This document shows, one piece after another, positions 34,595-46,865 of a DNA stretch of 64,000 nt. Origin of the DNA: Heteronotia binoei (taxonomy: Eukaryota); assembly GCF_032191835.1 (NCBI RefSeq), contig NC_083223.1, positions 56,544,001 to 56,608,000 of the forward strand, written 5' to 3'. The position numbers were made by a program, and so were the translations under genes. The notes under the pieces are model-generated. The model was not told the DNA's origin. It ran no database searches and saw only the letters and a program-made list of their open reading frames with translations. Position 1 is the stretch's first letter, and each line of letters begins with the position of its first letter.

Positions 34595-36008
34595 CATGTC
34601 GCACCCCTGTGTATGCTACAGTGCAGACTCAGGCTCTTTCTGCATACACAGATTCTGGTTTTCACTGAAGCTGAGTCAGTTGGGGCTTACTGCAAATCCT
34701 GTACCTTCATTCTGCATCTTTCTCTCTCTCTCCATTTCCTACTGAGATTTGTGGAGTATATATTCTACATACCAATGAGAAAACCCTGAGGTTGGTCTCT
34801 CCTGATTGGCTAGTTTCTCACTGGGTGTGCCTTTTGAAATAGGAGATTCTTCCAGCTGAATTTACTGTGGGGTCACCATTAGTGCTCCCCCCCCCCCTTT
34901 TTCAGTAATCAAGGAGTTTAATGCTAATCTGGGATGGCCGGAGGAAAAAAAAACAACACTGGCAAACACTGCTTTAAAAGTTTAGTGAGAGGAGATGCCA
35001 ACCACTCGGCCAGAGAGCAGGAGGTTCATGAGAGGGGAGATGGAGACATCAATGCTTTGCAGCCTGAGTCTCCCCCACAATTGTTATTCAGAAATGTGAT
35101 GACAAAAAGGGGAAGACCAGTTGTTGACATGGACCAGGCTTTTTTAAAAAAAGAAAAACAGGCTGCTGCTGCCCAAGAGCAGGTTCCACAGCATTATCCA
35201 CATGTTTGAAATGTTTGTAGTAAGAGTCAATTTAAAAGAACCTTTCCCCCCCCCAAAAAAAAAAACAAACCAAGAACGTTGCTGTTAATGCACATGAGTC
35301 AGACAAAGGCAATTACTCTCCTAATCTCCTATTTCAAAAGACATGCTTGTGCGAAACAGGTCAATAAGGAGAGACCAACTGGCCTGAGGGGAGAAGGGAG
35401 GAAAAGTCAAAGGAAATGTGTCTGCTTTTAAAGGTTTGGAAGCAAACTAATAGGAGGAGAGGGAAATACTCCTCTGAAAAACCACTTTTGGAAACTATGG
35501 AGATACAGCAGAGGGACAGCAGAATGCCTGGAAAAGGATGTGGAAGGAATTTAAAAATCCAGTGGGAGAGGGGAATATAGAAGCAATTTTTTGAAGCGAT
35601 GGAGGTGCAAGGAGAGAGCTGTGGTAAACTCAAATGCAGAAAGGGACTCAGAGTGCCCACCCACATGTGCTTCTCCTTTCACTATGTCAGAGGTCTGACT
35701 TAAATGTGAAACAGGAGAATTTACCCATGCAGTGCTGTACGTACCCAGGTCTTGTTCAAAGTTGGCCTTTACCTACCATACGCAAGCAATGTTACTAAGC
35801 CATAGACAGGTAGCCTGACATTAGCCTATTATTGAATGTACAGCAGGATGACATGTGCAGTGGCCCAATTTAAATGAGTTGCAGTGCTTGTGCAATGTCA
35901 CCCAGATAAGTTCTTCTGCTCCACCAGGGACACATTTTAATCCAGCATTCTTTATTTAGATAATTTGTTTGGATCCTCTGCAGGTCAGCCCTGCCCTGGA
36001 TGGCCCAG

Positions 36009-36250
36009 AAGAGCTTAGCATGGCATAATGGTTATGAACAGCAGACTCTAATCTGGAGAAATGAGTCTGATCCCCACTTTTCCACACAAAGCCTGCTGAG
36101 TGACCTTAGGCCAATCAGTTCTCTCAGAACTCTCTCAGCCCCACCTTCCCCACAGGGTGTCTGTTGTGGGAAGAGGAAGGGAAGGCAATTGTAAGCTGCT
36201 TTGAAACTTCTTAAGGTAGAGAAAAGCAGTGTATAAAAATCTTCTCTTCT
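36009..36250 (+). mobile_element. MIR/Ther1-related SINE (Squam3-like)
   Basis: tRNA-like head (TGGCATAATGGTT...GACTCTAATCTGGAGAA), core GCCTGCTGAGTGACCTTAGGCC, tail GTAAGCTGCTTTGA...GTATAAAA. Confidence 0.8.
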
Positions 36251-37090
36251 GCCATGCAAGTCCTTGTAGCATGGTGTGGTAGGGACATTAGAGACCCCTG
36301 ATCTATGCATGCGTAGAGGAGAGAGAAAAACATTAAATAGTCATAATTTTTATTTTAAAATTGAGCAAGTTAAATGTTTACCAATATACCTAATCAAATG
36401 TACTCTCGAGGATTAGGAGAACTCTTATAAACATTGTTATTGTACATTAAAAAGCGAGCTCAAATGTTGTAACTTGGATGACACAATCTAACCATATTTC
36501 TGGGTGGTGCAGAAGTTGCTACATAAGAAGAGACAGAAAAAATGAGAAAACTATCCCTGGAGCAAACCTCTTGTACATAAAAACTGGATCTTGAACATGT
36601 TTGTCAAGTTCTCCCTTAAGAAATTCTCTTCCACTCAGCAGCATTCATGTTTTATGAATATAGAAATTATCTCCCAGTTCCACATGCCAGAACTTTAATA
36701 TGTAATTGGAGGATACTTTTGTGGGAATATTAAGTGATGTGGTGGAGATCAGCAAGTGAAGCCCGTCAACTTCAAAGCGTACCCAAAAAAATATAACAAA
36801 GGGTTTGGGTAGATGAATGCACACAGCTTGACTGCTTTCTTTGTTAATAAAGCACCCTTTTCTTCTGTTCTTTTGAAATTTTTAAAAAGTGGCTTGTAAA
36901 AAATGGGACAAAACATATAAACCATCAATTGATATATATCACACTAACAACCATAAATATAGTGAACAAAACATTATATACCAAATCTTATCATGACAAA
37001 AATATATATCAAATACATTTCAACAGGTATACTCAAACAGGTCAATTGTCAGTATATGCAGTTGGGCCAAAAATACCAATAAATATACTA

Positions 37091-37760
37091 AATGCCCTCT
37101 ACTTGGGGCTGCCTTTGTTGCGAACCTGGAAACTCCAGCTAGTGCAGAATGCGGCTGCTAGGCTGCTATTGGGGCTGCCAGTGGGAGCACATAACGCCTG
37201 CACTGCAGGAACTGCACTGGCTACCAATAGTGTACCGGATTCGTTAAAGGGTGCTAGTGATTATTTTTAAAGCACTGTATGGCCGAGGACCCGTTTACCT
37301 GAGGGACAGTCTGTTCCCACATGTTCCTCAGAGGGTACTAAGATCTGGATCCCAACATCTTCTAGTGATTCCCAGGCTGAGGGAGGCGAGATTAGTGACC
37401 ACCAAGGATCAGGCCTTTTCAGTGGCAGCCCTGTCCTGGTGGAATCAACTGCCAGAAGAGGTTAGGGCCTTGCAAGACCTCGCCTAGTTCCGCAAGGCCT
37501 GTAAGACTGTCCTCTTCCGGCAGGCCTTCAACCACCGTAGGAGAATTCTGGAATAACCGCCATCCTGGAACTATGAGGAACATCTAATGTGTAGCACCAA
37601 GCTGTATACTGTTTTAATCTATGTGTTTTAATTTATATATTTATGTGGTTTTACTGTTTTATGCCTGTGATCATAGCATGCTATGACTTGATGTAAGCAG
37701 CCCTGAGCCTGCCTTGGCGGGGAGGGCAAAGTATAAATTGAATAAAATAAATAAATAAAA
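37091..37760 (+). mobile_element. L2-clade LINE 3' fragment with A-rich tail
   Basis: LYLGLPLLRTWKLQLVQNAAARLL...FKALYGRGPVYLRD...AFSVAALSWWNQLPEEVR, then GTAAGCAGCCCTGAG...(AATA)n. Confidence 0.88.
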
Positions 37761-39229
37761 ATGAACAAATAAATCCAAACTTCCAATAGATTTTCAACAA
37801 TCATTTCAAATGTGGATCAAAATAGTCCCATAAACCTGAACAAACAATGATGGGGTGCTAACTCTTCAACTATTTCAATAAGAATCTTCTTCATAGTCAT
37901 GAGATATTTTGCTTGCCTGCTGAAATAATATATAATTACCAAAGAACATTTAAGATTAATTATACAACATTACAAATATCAAAATGAATTACACATTATT
38001 TCCATTATAAAATAATGTAAAATAACCTGACATAATACGTAGCTAATCTCTTAACTAGCAGATACAGATATGATGTGAAATGTGAATATTCCTATTGAAT
38101 TGTATATGGTAAATATTTTTGTCATGGTCAAATTTGGTATGTAATGTTTTGTGGAACTGCTATATTAATATTTACTATATTTATTATTGTTAGTGTTATA
38201 TATGTGAATAGATAGTTTATATGACTCATAAGTTCCACATGTTTTGTACCACTTTATTTGGATAATTTAGGTGGTTTTAATACCACCTAGAAAATGGGGT
38301 CAGGGAGTTGAGATAAGAAAATAATTCCCAGAAGTACATTTACAAGACTGAAAGAGTGGTTACATAAACTAGACTAAGTTAAACATCATGTTTTCCATGA
38401 CATTCTCTTTCTCATAAAAGCTAACTTGTTTTATCAATCTGAAATTTGGCACAGATAGGCCCAAATGAAACAACAGCAAAACACCAGTGGTTGTCACATA
38501 CAGCTCTTAGCTCAAACTGCCTCAACATATCATTAACAACCTACAGCCTATGCTGGACATCAATACTCCTCTCTTCACAGGCATAAGGAGCAGGCTTGCC
38601 AATTCCCAGGTCCCAGTGGGAGATCTCCAGTTTTGACAGGCTCTTTCCTGCCCCCAGTCAGCTGGCTGGTGGGGGGAAGCCCTGCCCCAACAGCCTCCAT
38701 GTGCCTTCAAACCTTGGAAGGCTTAAGAAGATGCTGGAAACAGCCTGCTTCTAGAAAGGTGTGTGTGCCTTTAAATCTTTGAGCCAGGTTGAATGAAGGT
38801 AGGGAAAGCCCGCAGAACAACATGCCTGTTGAAAGGGAAGGGAAGGAGCCTAGAACCTCTTTTTGTTTTACAGTCCCTTAAGAAGCTGTTTGCACACTAA
38901 AATAGCAACCTCTGGTTTCCCTGTGTTAGTCTGATGAATTGGGTTGAGTATAGAGCAGCAAAGAACTCCCATGGTGAGTAAATTGCCCCAGTAAGACCAC
39001 AAAGTGTGTGTTTCCAAACAGTGTTTATTTTGGCTGCTCTCTCTCTCTCTCTGTATGTGTGTGTGTGTGTGAGAGAGAGAGAGAAAGTGGAAGTGCAGCC
39101 AGCTGCTAGGGATGCTGAAATGAAGACTGTATTCAGGAGAACTGCACTGCTGTATTTTTATTTATTTATTTATTTATTTTAGGGAATGGGAAAGTCTCCT
39201 GGCAGGGGACTGTGTTCCTGTTTAAAAAA

Positions 39230-39385
39230 AAAAGCCCTGGCCCAGATTCAAATCCCCACTTGGACAGGATGCTCACTGGTGGCCTTGAGACCTTCACTCT
39301 CTCTCAGCCTAACTTCACAATAAAATGGAGGAGGGCCAATGTACACTGCCCTCAGGTCCCTGAAGGAAGACTGGGATAAGAAATA
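39230..39385 (+). mobile_element. Decayed MIR/Squam3-type SINE
   Basis: GATTCAAATCCCC B-box-like motif and CTCTCTCAGCCTAAC core. Confidence 0.5.
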
Positions 39386-40795
39386 TATTAAATAAATCAT
39401 TATCAGTTAATATTTGGGTGCAGTGTTTCTTACTGGCAAGACAAAAAATATAAATGAAATTCAGTTCCCTGGTTGTGGAACCAACTTGACAAAAATATAG
39501 ATCTGCTATGCCTCCAATGGTCATTTGATGCCATGCCTTGAACTGGATCCTAACCCTGTTCCATAGGCTATACAACAATCACGTAGTTTAGCTGCAGAAT
39601 TTGCTATTGCTGGACAAAGACAGATGAAACATTTGCCCCATTTTTGCCAGATTTGAAACAAGAATCCTCAGTTCTAGCATTGCCATAGCTAAGAAATACA
39701 CCTGTGCTAGAAACACACAAAGTATCTCATAAAATAAGATTGTCATAGGTGACATGGGTAACATTATTATGTCATAAAATGTCTTGCAACATATGTTCTA
39801 GGCTTGTCTCCAAGTTTGGATCAAGATCATTTGTTTGTAGTACCAGAGTTTGCGAGATCTACCCTTCATAATTTTTTTCTAGTTTCCTTGTTTCTTTCCA
39901 GCAACCAAAAAGCAAGCAAAACAATGATTTTTTAGAATGTTTGAAAGAACACTGCCCCCCCCCCTTGGAGATGATCCATACACCATCGGATATTGCATTA
40001 TCATTATCATAATCATACACCTCCTGGGGTTTCCAGCGTGGACAGGAAATAAGGGACTATGCAATACCCAGTGACATGTAGATCTACTCTAGGGTGCGGA
40101 GTTCTGCAGCTGACTGCCTGGTGGGGGGGGGGACTTCACAACAGTCCAAAAAAAGACCAGACATGACAAACATAGCATTTCCTGTCTGGAAAATGCTGTA
40201 ACTTAGTTGGTAAATTTTCCTGATATTTGTCAGCATTACATTCCAGATCTGTGCTAAATAAGTCTCAGGTGAATTGTGGGTGCAGTCAGATGACCACTTT
40301 CATCCATTGTCGTTGCTCCTCCCCAAAAGATTTAAAGTGCTCATTCAGACATCTGCAACTGTTCTGCCCGCCCTCTCTTTGGTGACTGTGCAGCAGCAGT
40401 CTGATCACTCGACCATGAGGTGAGGTGGGATTAGGGTGATGTGTGTGATCACATTTTTCCAGAACAAATAATTCCAGAGAAATCAGAGGTATGACGAAGC
40501 CAGCAGTGTGACCGCACCCAAAGTTTACTGGTTTACTGTGGCCAATAAACGATATGTCTCCTGGATATGGTCACAAAGTCATCTTAGAAGTCTGTGGTGT
40601 CTCATACATAACTGGGGGCTTTGATGGCATGTCCATGTATCCAGACACCCCTACAGTGATTGTGCCTATGCTTGAGACAATAGGAGGGCCTAGGTTGCCA
40701 GATTTTGGGGGGATGATTAAAAATTCCTAAGTGGAGTCTGAAGACATTTGTATTGAAGTGCTGTCATCAGGAACCCCAAAGACTCATGTTATTGT

Positions 40796-40858
40796 CTGAC
40801 AAAGGGAGCTTTGACTCTCAAAAGCTCCTACGCTGAAACTCTTGTTGGTCTCTAAGGC
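40796..40858 (+). mobile_element. Penelope-like terminal remnant with decayed hammerhead-like core
   Basis: CTGACAAAGGGAGCTTTGACTCTCAAAAGCTCC...CTTGTTGGTCTCTAAGG. Confidence 0.6.
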
Positions 40859-41521
40859 TCTCTACCCACAAAATCTTGGCAACCCTCCTTCCAGCTCTTC
40901 AGATGGACACAAGTCATGACAGACATAAGCTTTACTAGGGACTCCATCTTGTCCATGCAATAAGGAACAACAAAGAGAAGTCTCAATCAGGAGATCTAAG
41001 GTAATAATGGATTTTAATCTACTTCAGTCTCAAGCAAAGCTGGTCTATTCTAAGTAGACATCATTTAGGAAATACATGGTTTTGAGAAAGAAGACTTGTA
41101 TTTTCACCTTTTCTTTGTTTCCTTGCTCATCCTAGAAGCTTGAGTAGAACATGTGTGTTATCCTATTAATTTATTAAGCTTATGTTTTGAATCCTTTATG
41201 TCTGATCTCTGAAAACACACTATGGCTAATTGGTCTTGTTATCTGTAGACCAGTAATAGGCAAGAGCAGGAGGTATGCTGCCCATTCTTTTTTTTTTTTT
41301 TTAATGTCCAAAAACTTTTTTATTGAATTTAGTAAACATACAAATAAAGCAATCAATGACTGTATCTGCAATCATTCTTTGTGTATAAGCATAGCATACC
41401 AGCAGAAAACAGAATATATATATATACACAAAATACAAACAAAACAACACATACATACATTCACACATACATACATACTTGGCAGCTGAATTAAAAAATA
41501 AGTACTCTGTCCATATGTTAA

Positions 41522-44500
41522 TTACATCAAATTAATAATGTCATAATATCTACCAGGAATACATGTACGCATCTGATCTACAGGACTAAAAGAAAATTTA
41601 AGAAATGGAAGCCACTTGTACATCAGAGAATCGTTACCTTCTGAATTATTTATATTGCATAAACTATCTGCTATCTTGTCCATAGCATAGACCTCCCAGA
41701 TTTTAGCATACCAGGCTTTAACTGGAGGAATATTGGGAGATTTCCAAAATTGGGCTAACACCATTTTAGCAGCAGCTAGTAAAAGGGATATCAGGGATTT
41801 ATTGAGAGAAGTAATAGAAATACCTTTCCAACAGTCAAGCAAAATGAGTTCCAATCTTAAGGGTAAACTATAGCCCGTGATATCCTTGATTTTTGCCACA
41901 ATTACTGCCCAAAACGACTGCACCCTCGGGCAAGACCACCAGCAGTGTATAAATGTGCCCACCTCTCCACAATTTTTCCAACATTTGGAGGATTGATTTA
42001 TCGCCATATGGCTTAATCTCTGAGGTGTTAAATACCACCGGAACAAAATTTTTTGAGTTTGTAATTGTATATTCAATGATTTTGAAACAAACGAAGGAGA
42101 TGACCAGATTTGTTGCCAAACATCCTCCTGAAAATTAATTGAACTATTCCTTTGCCAAATTTCTTGATAGGATAACAAATCAACAGCATCAATGTCTAGC
42201 AAACCCTTATAGATAAATGAAATCAGTCCCTTCCGCTTTAAAAAAGGAGATTGTAGCAAGGATTCAAAGAAAGTAAGAGGTCGATTGAAATTGTATTTCT
42301 TTGAGAGTGATGTCACCAAGTTGTTAATTTGCAAGTATTCAAACCATGGGATTTTTGTCCCACCAGTTTTCTCTTCTAAAGATTTTTTGTCGAGCACTTT
42401 TCCATTGGACAAAATATCCACAAACCTATAAAGATTATATTTTTTCCAAATTGGAAAAGACTTGTAAAAAAACCCCGGTTGAAACCAAGAAACATCCATA
42501 AAATGAGATAGTGGAGACATAGGAGGGGCTAAAAAGAGGCGGCGTTTGTCCCAAATCTGAAAAATGGCTTTAAGGAAAAGGTTGGAGGAGATATTAGGAG
42601 GTCTCTTCTTTGGAAATTCCCATAATGTAGATTGAAACGATTTGTTATTTAGATAGGTATCTTCTAGGACCTTCCAGCCTGAATTTAAATCAGCATCATG
42701 GTATCTGACAAGGCCTCCTAAAATGGCAGCTTCATAAAATTTATGCAGATCCGGAAGAGCCAGACCACCTGAGGATTTAGAACGAATAAGAGTTGCATAC
42801 CCTATTCTAGATAAGCCCTTGTTCCAAATGTATCTTAAGAACGAACGACGCCAACCCACAAATAAGTCCTCAGGAATAAGAATAGGAATGGCTCGAAATA
42901 AAAACAGAAATTTGGGAAAAATAAAAGATTTAATAATCTGAATTTTTTCATTCCAGGGAATGAGTGAAGAATTTTTATTCTTTTGCATATTAAGAATGTC
43001 CTTAATCAATAAATGATGATTGACTTTAAAAATATCTCCCAATTTTAAAGGTATATTGATCCCCAAATATGTCCAATATCTATCCATTTTTTTGAAGTGA
43101 TAATTTGAGTAGATGGAATCTTGGAGAGCATCTGAAATTGTGATGGGATAAAGAATGGTTTTAGATGGGTTTACTCGAAGACCCGATATAGAAGAAAATA
43201 CAGATAATAAATCAAAGACAGCTGGTAAAGAAGTCTTAGGTTTTGTAACAAAAAGCACTAGGTCATCTGCAAACAAAGACACCTTAATTTGTTTCTTTCT
43301 AATAGGGATACCAGCAATAATATTGGTATTACGGATAGCATTAGCAAGAGGTTCAATTGCGATTGCAAAAAGCAGAGGAGACAAGGGGCAACCTTGCCTC
43401 GTCCCTCTGAAAAGATTAAATTCTTCAGAATCCAAATTATTAATAGAAAGAATAGCAGAAGGCGACTTATATAAAGAATGGATTATCTTCAGAAAATTCG
43501 GGCCAAAATTCATTTTCTGCAGTAAGGTTGTAAGATAAGGAACTTCAACGGAATCAAAGGCTTTTTCAAAATCAATAGACAAGATAAAGGAAGACTCAAT
43601 ATTAAATTTCCGGCAGTATTGAATAACATCAAGGACCATTCTAGTATTGTCCGTTAACTCACGGTGTGGGATAAAGCCCGATTGGTCAGGATGAATGTAG
43701 TTCCCTATAAAAGTATTAAGCCTAGCCACCAGGGCTGCTGTAAAAATCTTGTAATCGCAATTAAGGAGCGATATCGGCCTGTATGAACTAGGGTCTAGCA
43801 AGTCTTTGTCTTTCTTTGGAAGAAGAATGATTTTTGCCTGTGACCAAGTAACTGGAAAAGAACCAGACTGTACAAACTGATTACAGGCGTCCGCCAAGAT
43901 GGGAGCCAACAAAGTATTAAAAAAATTATAAAATTCTGGTATAAAGCCATCTCGGCCTGGAGATTTATTGGATTTCATAGACTTGATAGTCTCCTGTATT
44001 TCAAGTGCAGTAAAAGGTTTGTCCAAAAGGGATTTAACCTCAGGAGAAACAGGCTTAATAACTGAGTGAGTGTCTAAAAAAGATGAAATAAGGTCTGATG
44101 CTGGATGCTGGGAGGAATATAGAGATGAATAGTATTTTTTAAAAACTCCTACAATATCCTTAGTGGAATGTTTCAAGGTACCGGATTTAGAACGAATGGA
44201 AGAAATAGCCATTGAGGATATTCTCTTTTTAACCTTCCATGATAGGAGTTTAAGGGATTGAGGAGTTCGAAACCAATATTTTTGTTTTATATAAGCCATT
44301 TGTTTTTGAATCTTGGAGACGTCAAAAGATTCTAATTTTTTCCTTTCTATAAGAAGTTTTGAATAAGTTTTTTTGCTACCAAATTTTTTAAATTTCTCTT
44401 CCAATTTGGTAATGTTGGCAACCAAATCTGATCTAATTTTGTCTTTTTCTTTTTTATACGAAGAGGCAATAGCCAAAAATCTGCCACGAATTACAGCTTT

Positions 44501-45403
44501 AAACGAGTCCCAAACTATATGCTGAGGTACTCCACACTCAGTATTGAATTGAAAAAATTCTTTAATGTCTTTTTCAATGGAATCTGTAACCGATTTCATA
44601 GACAGAAGTTTACTATCCAATCTCCAATTAAAAGAAAAAGATCTTTCAGTGATTCCTGACATATAACCTTCCAACCATGCATGATCAGACCAAATCATTG
44701 GGCCAATGTCTACTTTAAAAAAAAGGTTAGAAATAGAATCCGAAACTAAAAGAAAATCTATTCTGGAATAAGTTTGATGACGAGAAGAAAAGAAGGTATA
44801 GTCTCTTTCTTTTGGATGCCTGCTTCTCCAAATGTCTGACAGATTATAGGATTGAAAGATTTGAGCTAAATCATTTTGGCCATTCGAATCTTTTGATTGA
44901 GACCATTTATTGGCAGATAGAGGTAGCAGGCTTTTTTGAGATCTATCTAAAGAAGGATTGACAACATAGTTGAGATCTCCTCCCAAAATAATGGGCCCTT
45001 TATGAAAAGTTTGAAGTTGTGACAACGTATCTTTAATAAATGCAATTTGTCCATCATTTGGAGCATACACCGATGCCAGAGTATAAGGGCTACCATTAAA
45101 GACCCCATTGATAAAAATATACCGACCCCTAGGGTCAATTGAGGAATTTTCAAAAGTGAATTGGACTGATTTACCTATTAAGATGGCCACACCTCTTGCT
45201 TTGGAGGACCCGTAAGCTTGAAATTGATGAGCAAAAAATTTTGACTGGAAGACCTTGGGCTGGTTACCCTTAAGGTGAGTTTCTTGCAAAAAAACTATAT
45301 CTGGTTTCTGATGAGAGATGGCAGAGGCAACCCGTTTTTTCTTAATTAAATTATTTAGCCCATTACAGTTTAGAGATAGAAATTTCAAGTGGCACTCTGC
45401 CAT
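41522..45403 (-). CDS. LINE-1 ORF2p (endonuclease, reverse transcriptase, C-terminal Cys/His motif), 1293 aa
   Basis: Uninterrupted ORF with EN motifs LNCNGL, QETH, VYAPN, GGDLN, SRIDF, SDH; RT motifs KSPGRDG, YRPISLLN, DFEKAFDSV, GTRQGCPLSP, FADD, YLGI; C-terminal CWKNCGEVGTFIHCWWSC. Confidence 0.97.
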   Translation of the reverse strand: MAECHLKFLSLNCNGLNNLIKKKRVASAISHQKPDIVFLQETHLKGNQPKVFQSKFFAHQFQAYGSSKARGVAILIGKSVQFTFENSSIDPRGRYIFINGVFNGSPYTLASVYAPNDGQIAFIKDTLSQLQTFHKGPIILGGDLNYVVNPSLDRSQKSLLPLSANKWSQSKDSNGQNDLAQIFQSYNLSDIWRSRHPKERDYTFFSSRHQTYSRIDFLLVSDSISNLFFKVDIGPMIWSDHAWLEGYMSGITERSFSFNWRLDSKLLSMKSVTDSIEKDIKEFFQFNTECGVPQHIVWDSFKAVIRGRFLAIASSYKKEKDKIRSDLVANITKLEEKFKKFGSKKTYSKLLIERKKLESFDVSKIQKQMAYIKQKYWFRTPQSLKLLSWKVKKRISSMAISSIRSKSGTLKHSTKDIVGVFKKYYSSLYSSQHPASDLISSFLDTHSVIKPVSPEVKSLLDKPFTALEIQETIKSMKSNKSPGRDGFIPEFYNFFNTLLAPILADACNQFVQSGSFPVTWSQAKIILLPKKDKDLLDPSSYRPISLLNCDYKIFTAALVARLNTFIGNYIHPDQSGFIPHRELTDNTRMVLDVIQYCRKFNIESSFILSIDFEKAFDSVEVPYLTTLLQKMNFGPNFLKIIHSLYKSPSAILSINNLDSEEFNLFRGTRQGCPLSPLLFAIAIEPLANAIRNTNIIAGIPIRKKQIKVSLFADDLVLFVTKPKTSLPAVFDLLSVFSSISGLRVNPSKTILYPITISDALQDSIYSNYHFKKMDRYWTYLGINIPLKLGDIFKVNHHLLIKDILNMQKNKNSSLIPWNEKIQIIKSFIFPKFLFLFRAIPILIPEDLFVGWRRSFLRYIWNKGLSRIGYATLIRSKSSGGLALPDLHKFYEAAILGGLVRYHDADLNSGWKVLEDTYLNNKSFQSTLWEFPKKRPPNISSNLFLKAIFQIWDKRRLFLAPPMSPLSHFMDVSWFQPGFFYKSFPIWKKYNLYRFVDILSNGKVLDKKSLEEKTGGTKIPWFEYLQINNLVTSLSKKYNFNRPLTFFESLLQSPFLKRKGLISFIYKGLLDIDAVDLLSYQEIWQRNSSINFQEDVWQQIWSSPSFVSKSLNIQLQTQKILFRWYLTPQRLSHMAINQSSKCWKNCGEVGTFIHCWWSCPRVQSFWAVIVAKIKDITGYSLPLRLELILLDCWKGISITSLNKSLISLLLAAAKMVLAQFWKSPNIPPVKAWYAKIWEVYAMDKIADSLCNINNSEGNDSLMYKWLPFLKFSFSPVDQMRTCIPGRYYDIINLM

Positions 45404-46865
45404 AATTGAAAGAGGAAATAACCAAGGTTATCAAAATTATTGCAATTCATAGCTTTGAACCCAGGTGCCACCAGGATAGCTAGAGGCGAATCCTGTAGAT
45501 CAAATTTCAAAGGTATGAGGACAGATTTCAGATCAAAGGCTTTAAAAAACTTCCAACTAAATCCATAATAATTCAATACAGTTATGCTGCCCGTAACACA
45601 AACAAAAAACCATAACCAACACCAGTGGTCTAGCATTAACAGACACTAGCCACTAACTCACCCTCCAACTCTGTTAACCCAAACTTGGGAAAACAACAAC
45701 TATTTACTTAAAAGGATAAATTTGAAACGGAAGTCTTCGTTACTGAAGACACCACACAACTAGCAACAACTACCAAATGGAGCTAATTAAAAAAAAACTG
45801 AAGTTCTCCATTCTCCCTCTCTGCCAAAAATGCTTATATTTAACACTACCAACCCAGCAAAAATAAAATTTATAAACAGAATAACAGAGCCGAATGTATA
45901 GAAAGTTTATAATGAAAGGCCAAACAAAGCTGATCGAGTCAAGGCTAAAATGCCTAGAAAGCCACATATAATAAAACCTGTGCCTTTTACCAACTCAGGT
46001 TAGTGAATTAAAGATAATTACAGGCAAACTAATATACCATGTGTAACAGCATCAGATCTCGATCACAAAGTTATTGTAAGACTTAAGACACTATGATAAA
46101 AATACAATGAAACTTTAAACAGAACTATGAACGCTATTAAATACTGGTCTCCCCAAACACTCCCCACCAACTATCCTTCAGCCACTTATAAGCCTATGTA
46201 GGGAGATATGATGGTGAGGGAAACAAGTTTCCAAACCTTCATAGTAGCATAAGGCACAAACTGACACACACATACATTCCCTACCCACCCTCTGTCTCAC
46301 AGATTCATTTCCATTCAACAATTCACACAGGAAGGGAAAAGGTCCTGACAATTCATTAACTCATAGTAGAAAGAAATATATTGATATAAAACCCTAATCA
46401 TACTATTCAAGTTTCTCACTCTGATCAACCCCCCCTCACTCACTCTCTCTCCCTCCCTCTCTCCCACTCCCTCACTCAACACCCAGCCTCCCCATTCCAG
46501 CTCCTACTCAAACCATATATTCCAAGTCACCCCATTCTTCCAATCATGCATACCCAATCAACCAAGAAGATTTCCTTTAATGAGTTGATTTGAATTAATA
46601 ACTCCCTCACATTCATAACATTGTGTTCAAAAGATATAAATAACCCAAAAAAAAGGGGGGGACCCCCCAATTTCGTATATAAACATTGCTTCATAGGCAC
46701 GAAACAATCATCGGCATATTTCTAAGCCGTGACAGAGTTACACGTAGGCAAAGCTTATAAGTCAGCAGTTCAGTAGGCAAAGCTTATATGTCAGGAAAAA
46801 AAAAAGGGGACGTCAAGAATCCACACAAAAAAGGGAAGATTTCTGCATAGCAACAGTTCCAGCGT

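Noticed and set aside
34934-35209. 91-aa ATG ORF in the intergenic region
   Set aside because: No recognisable homology, promoter or splice support.
36300-38330. AT-rich strand-biased tract flanking the L2 fragment
   Set aside because: Possibly an old LINE 3' region, but no diagnostic motif or boundary was found.
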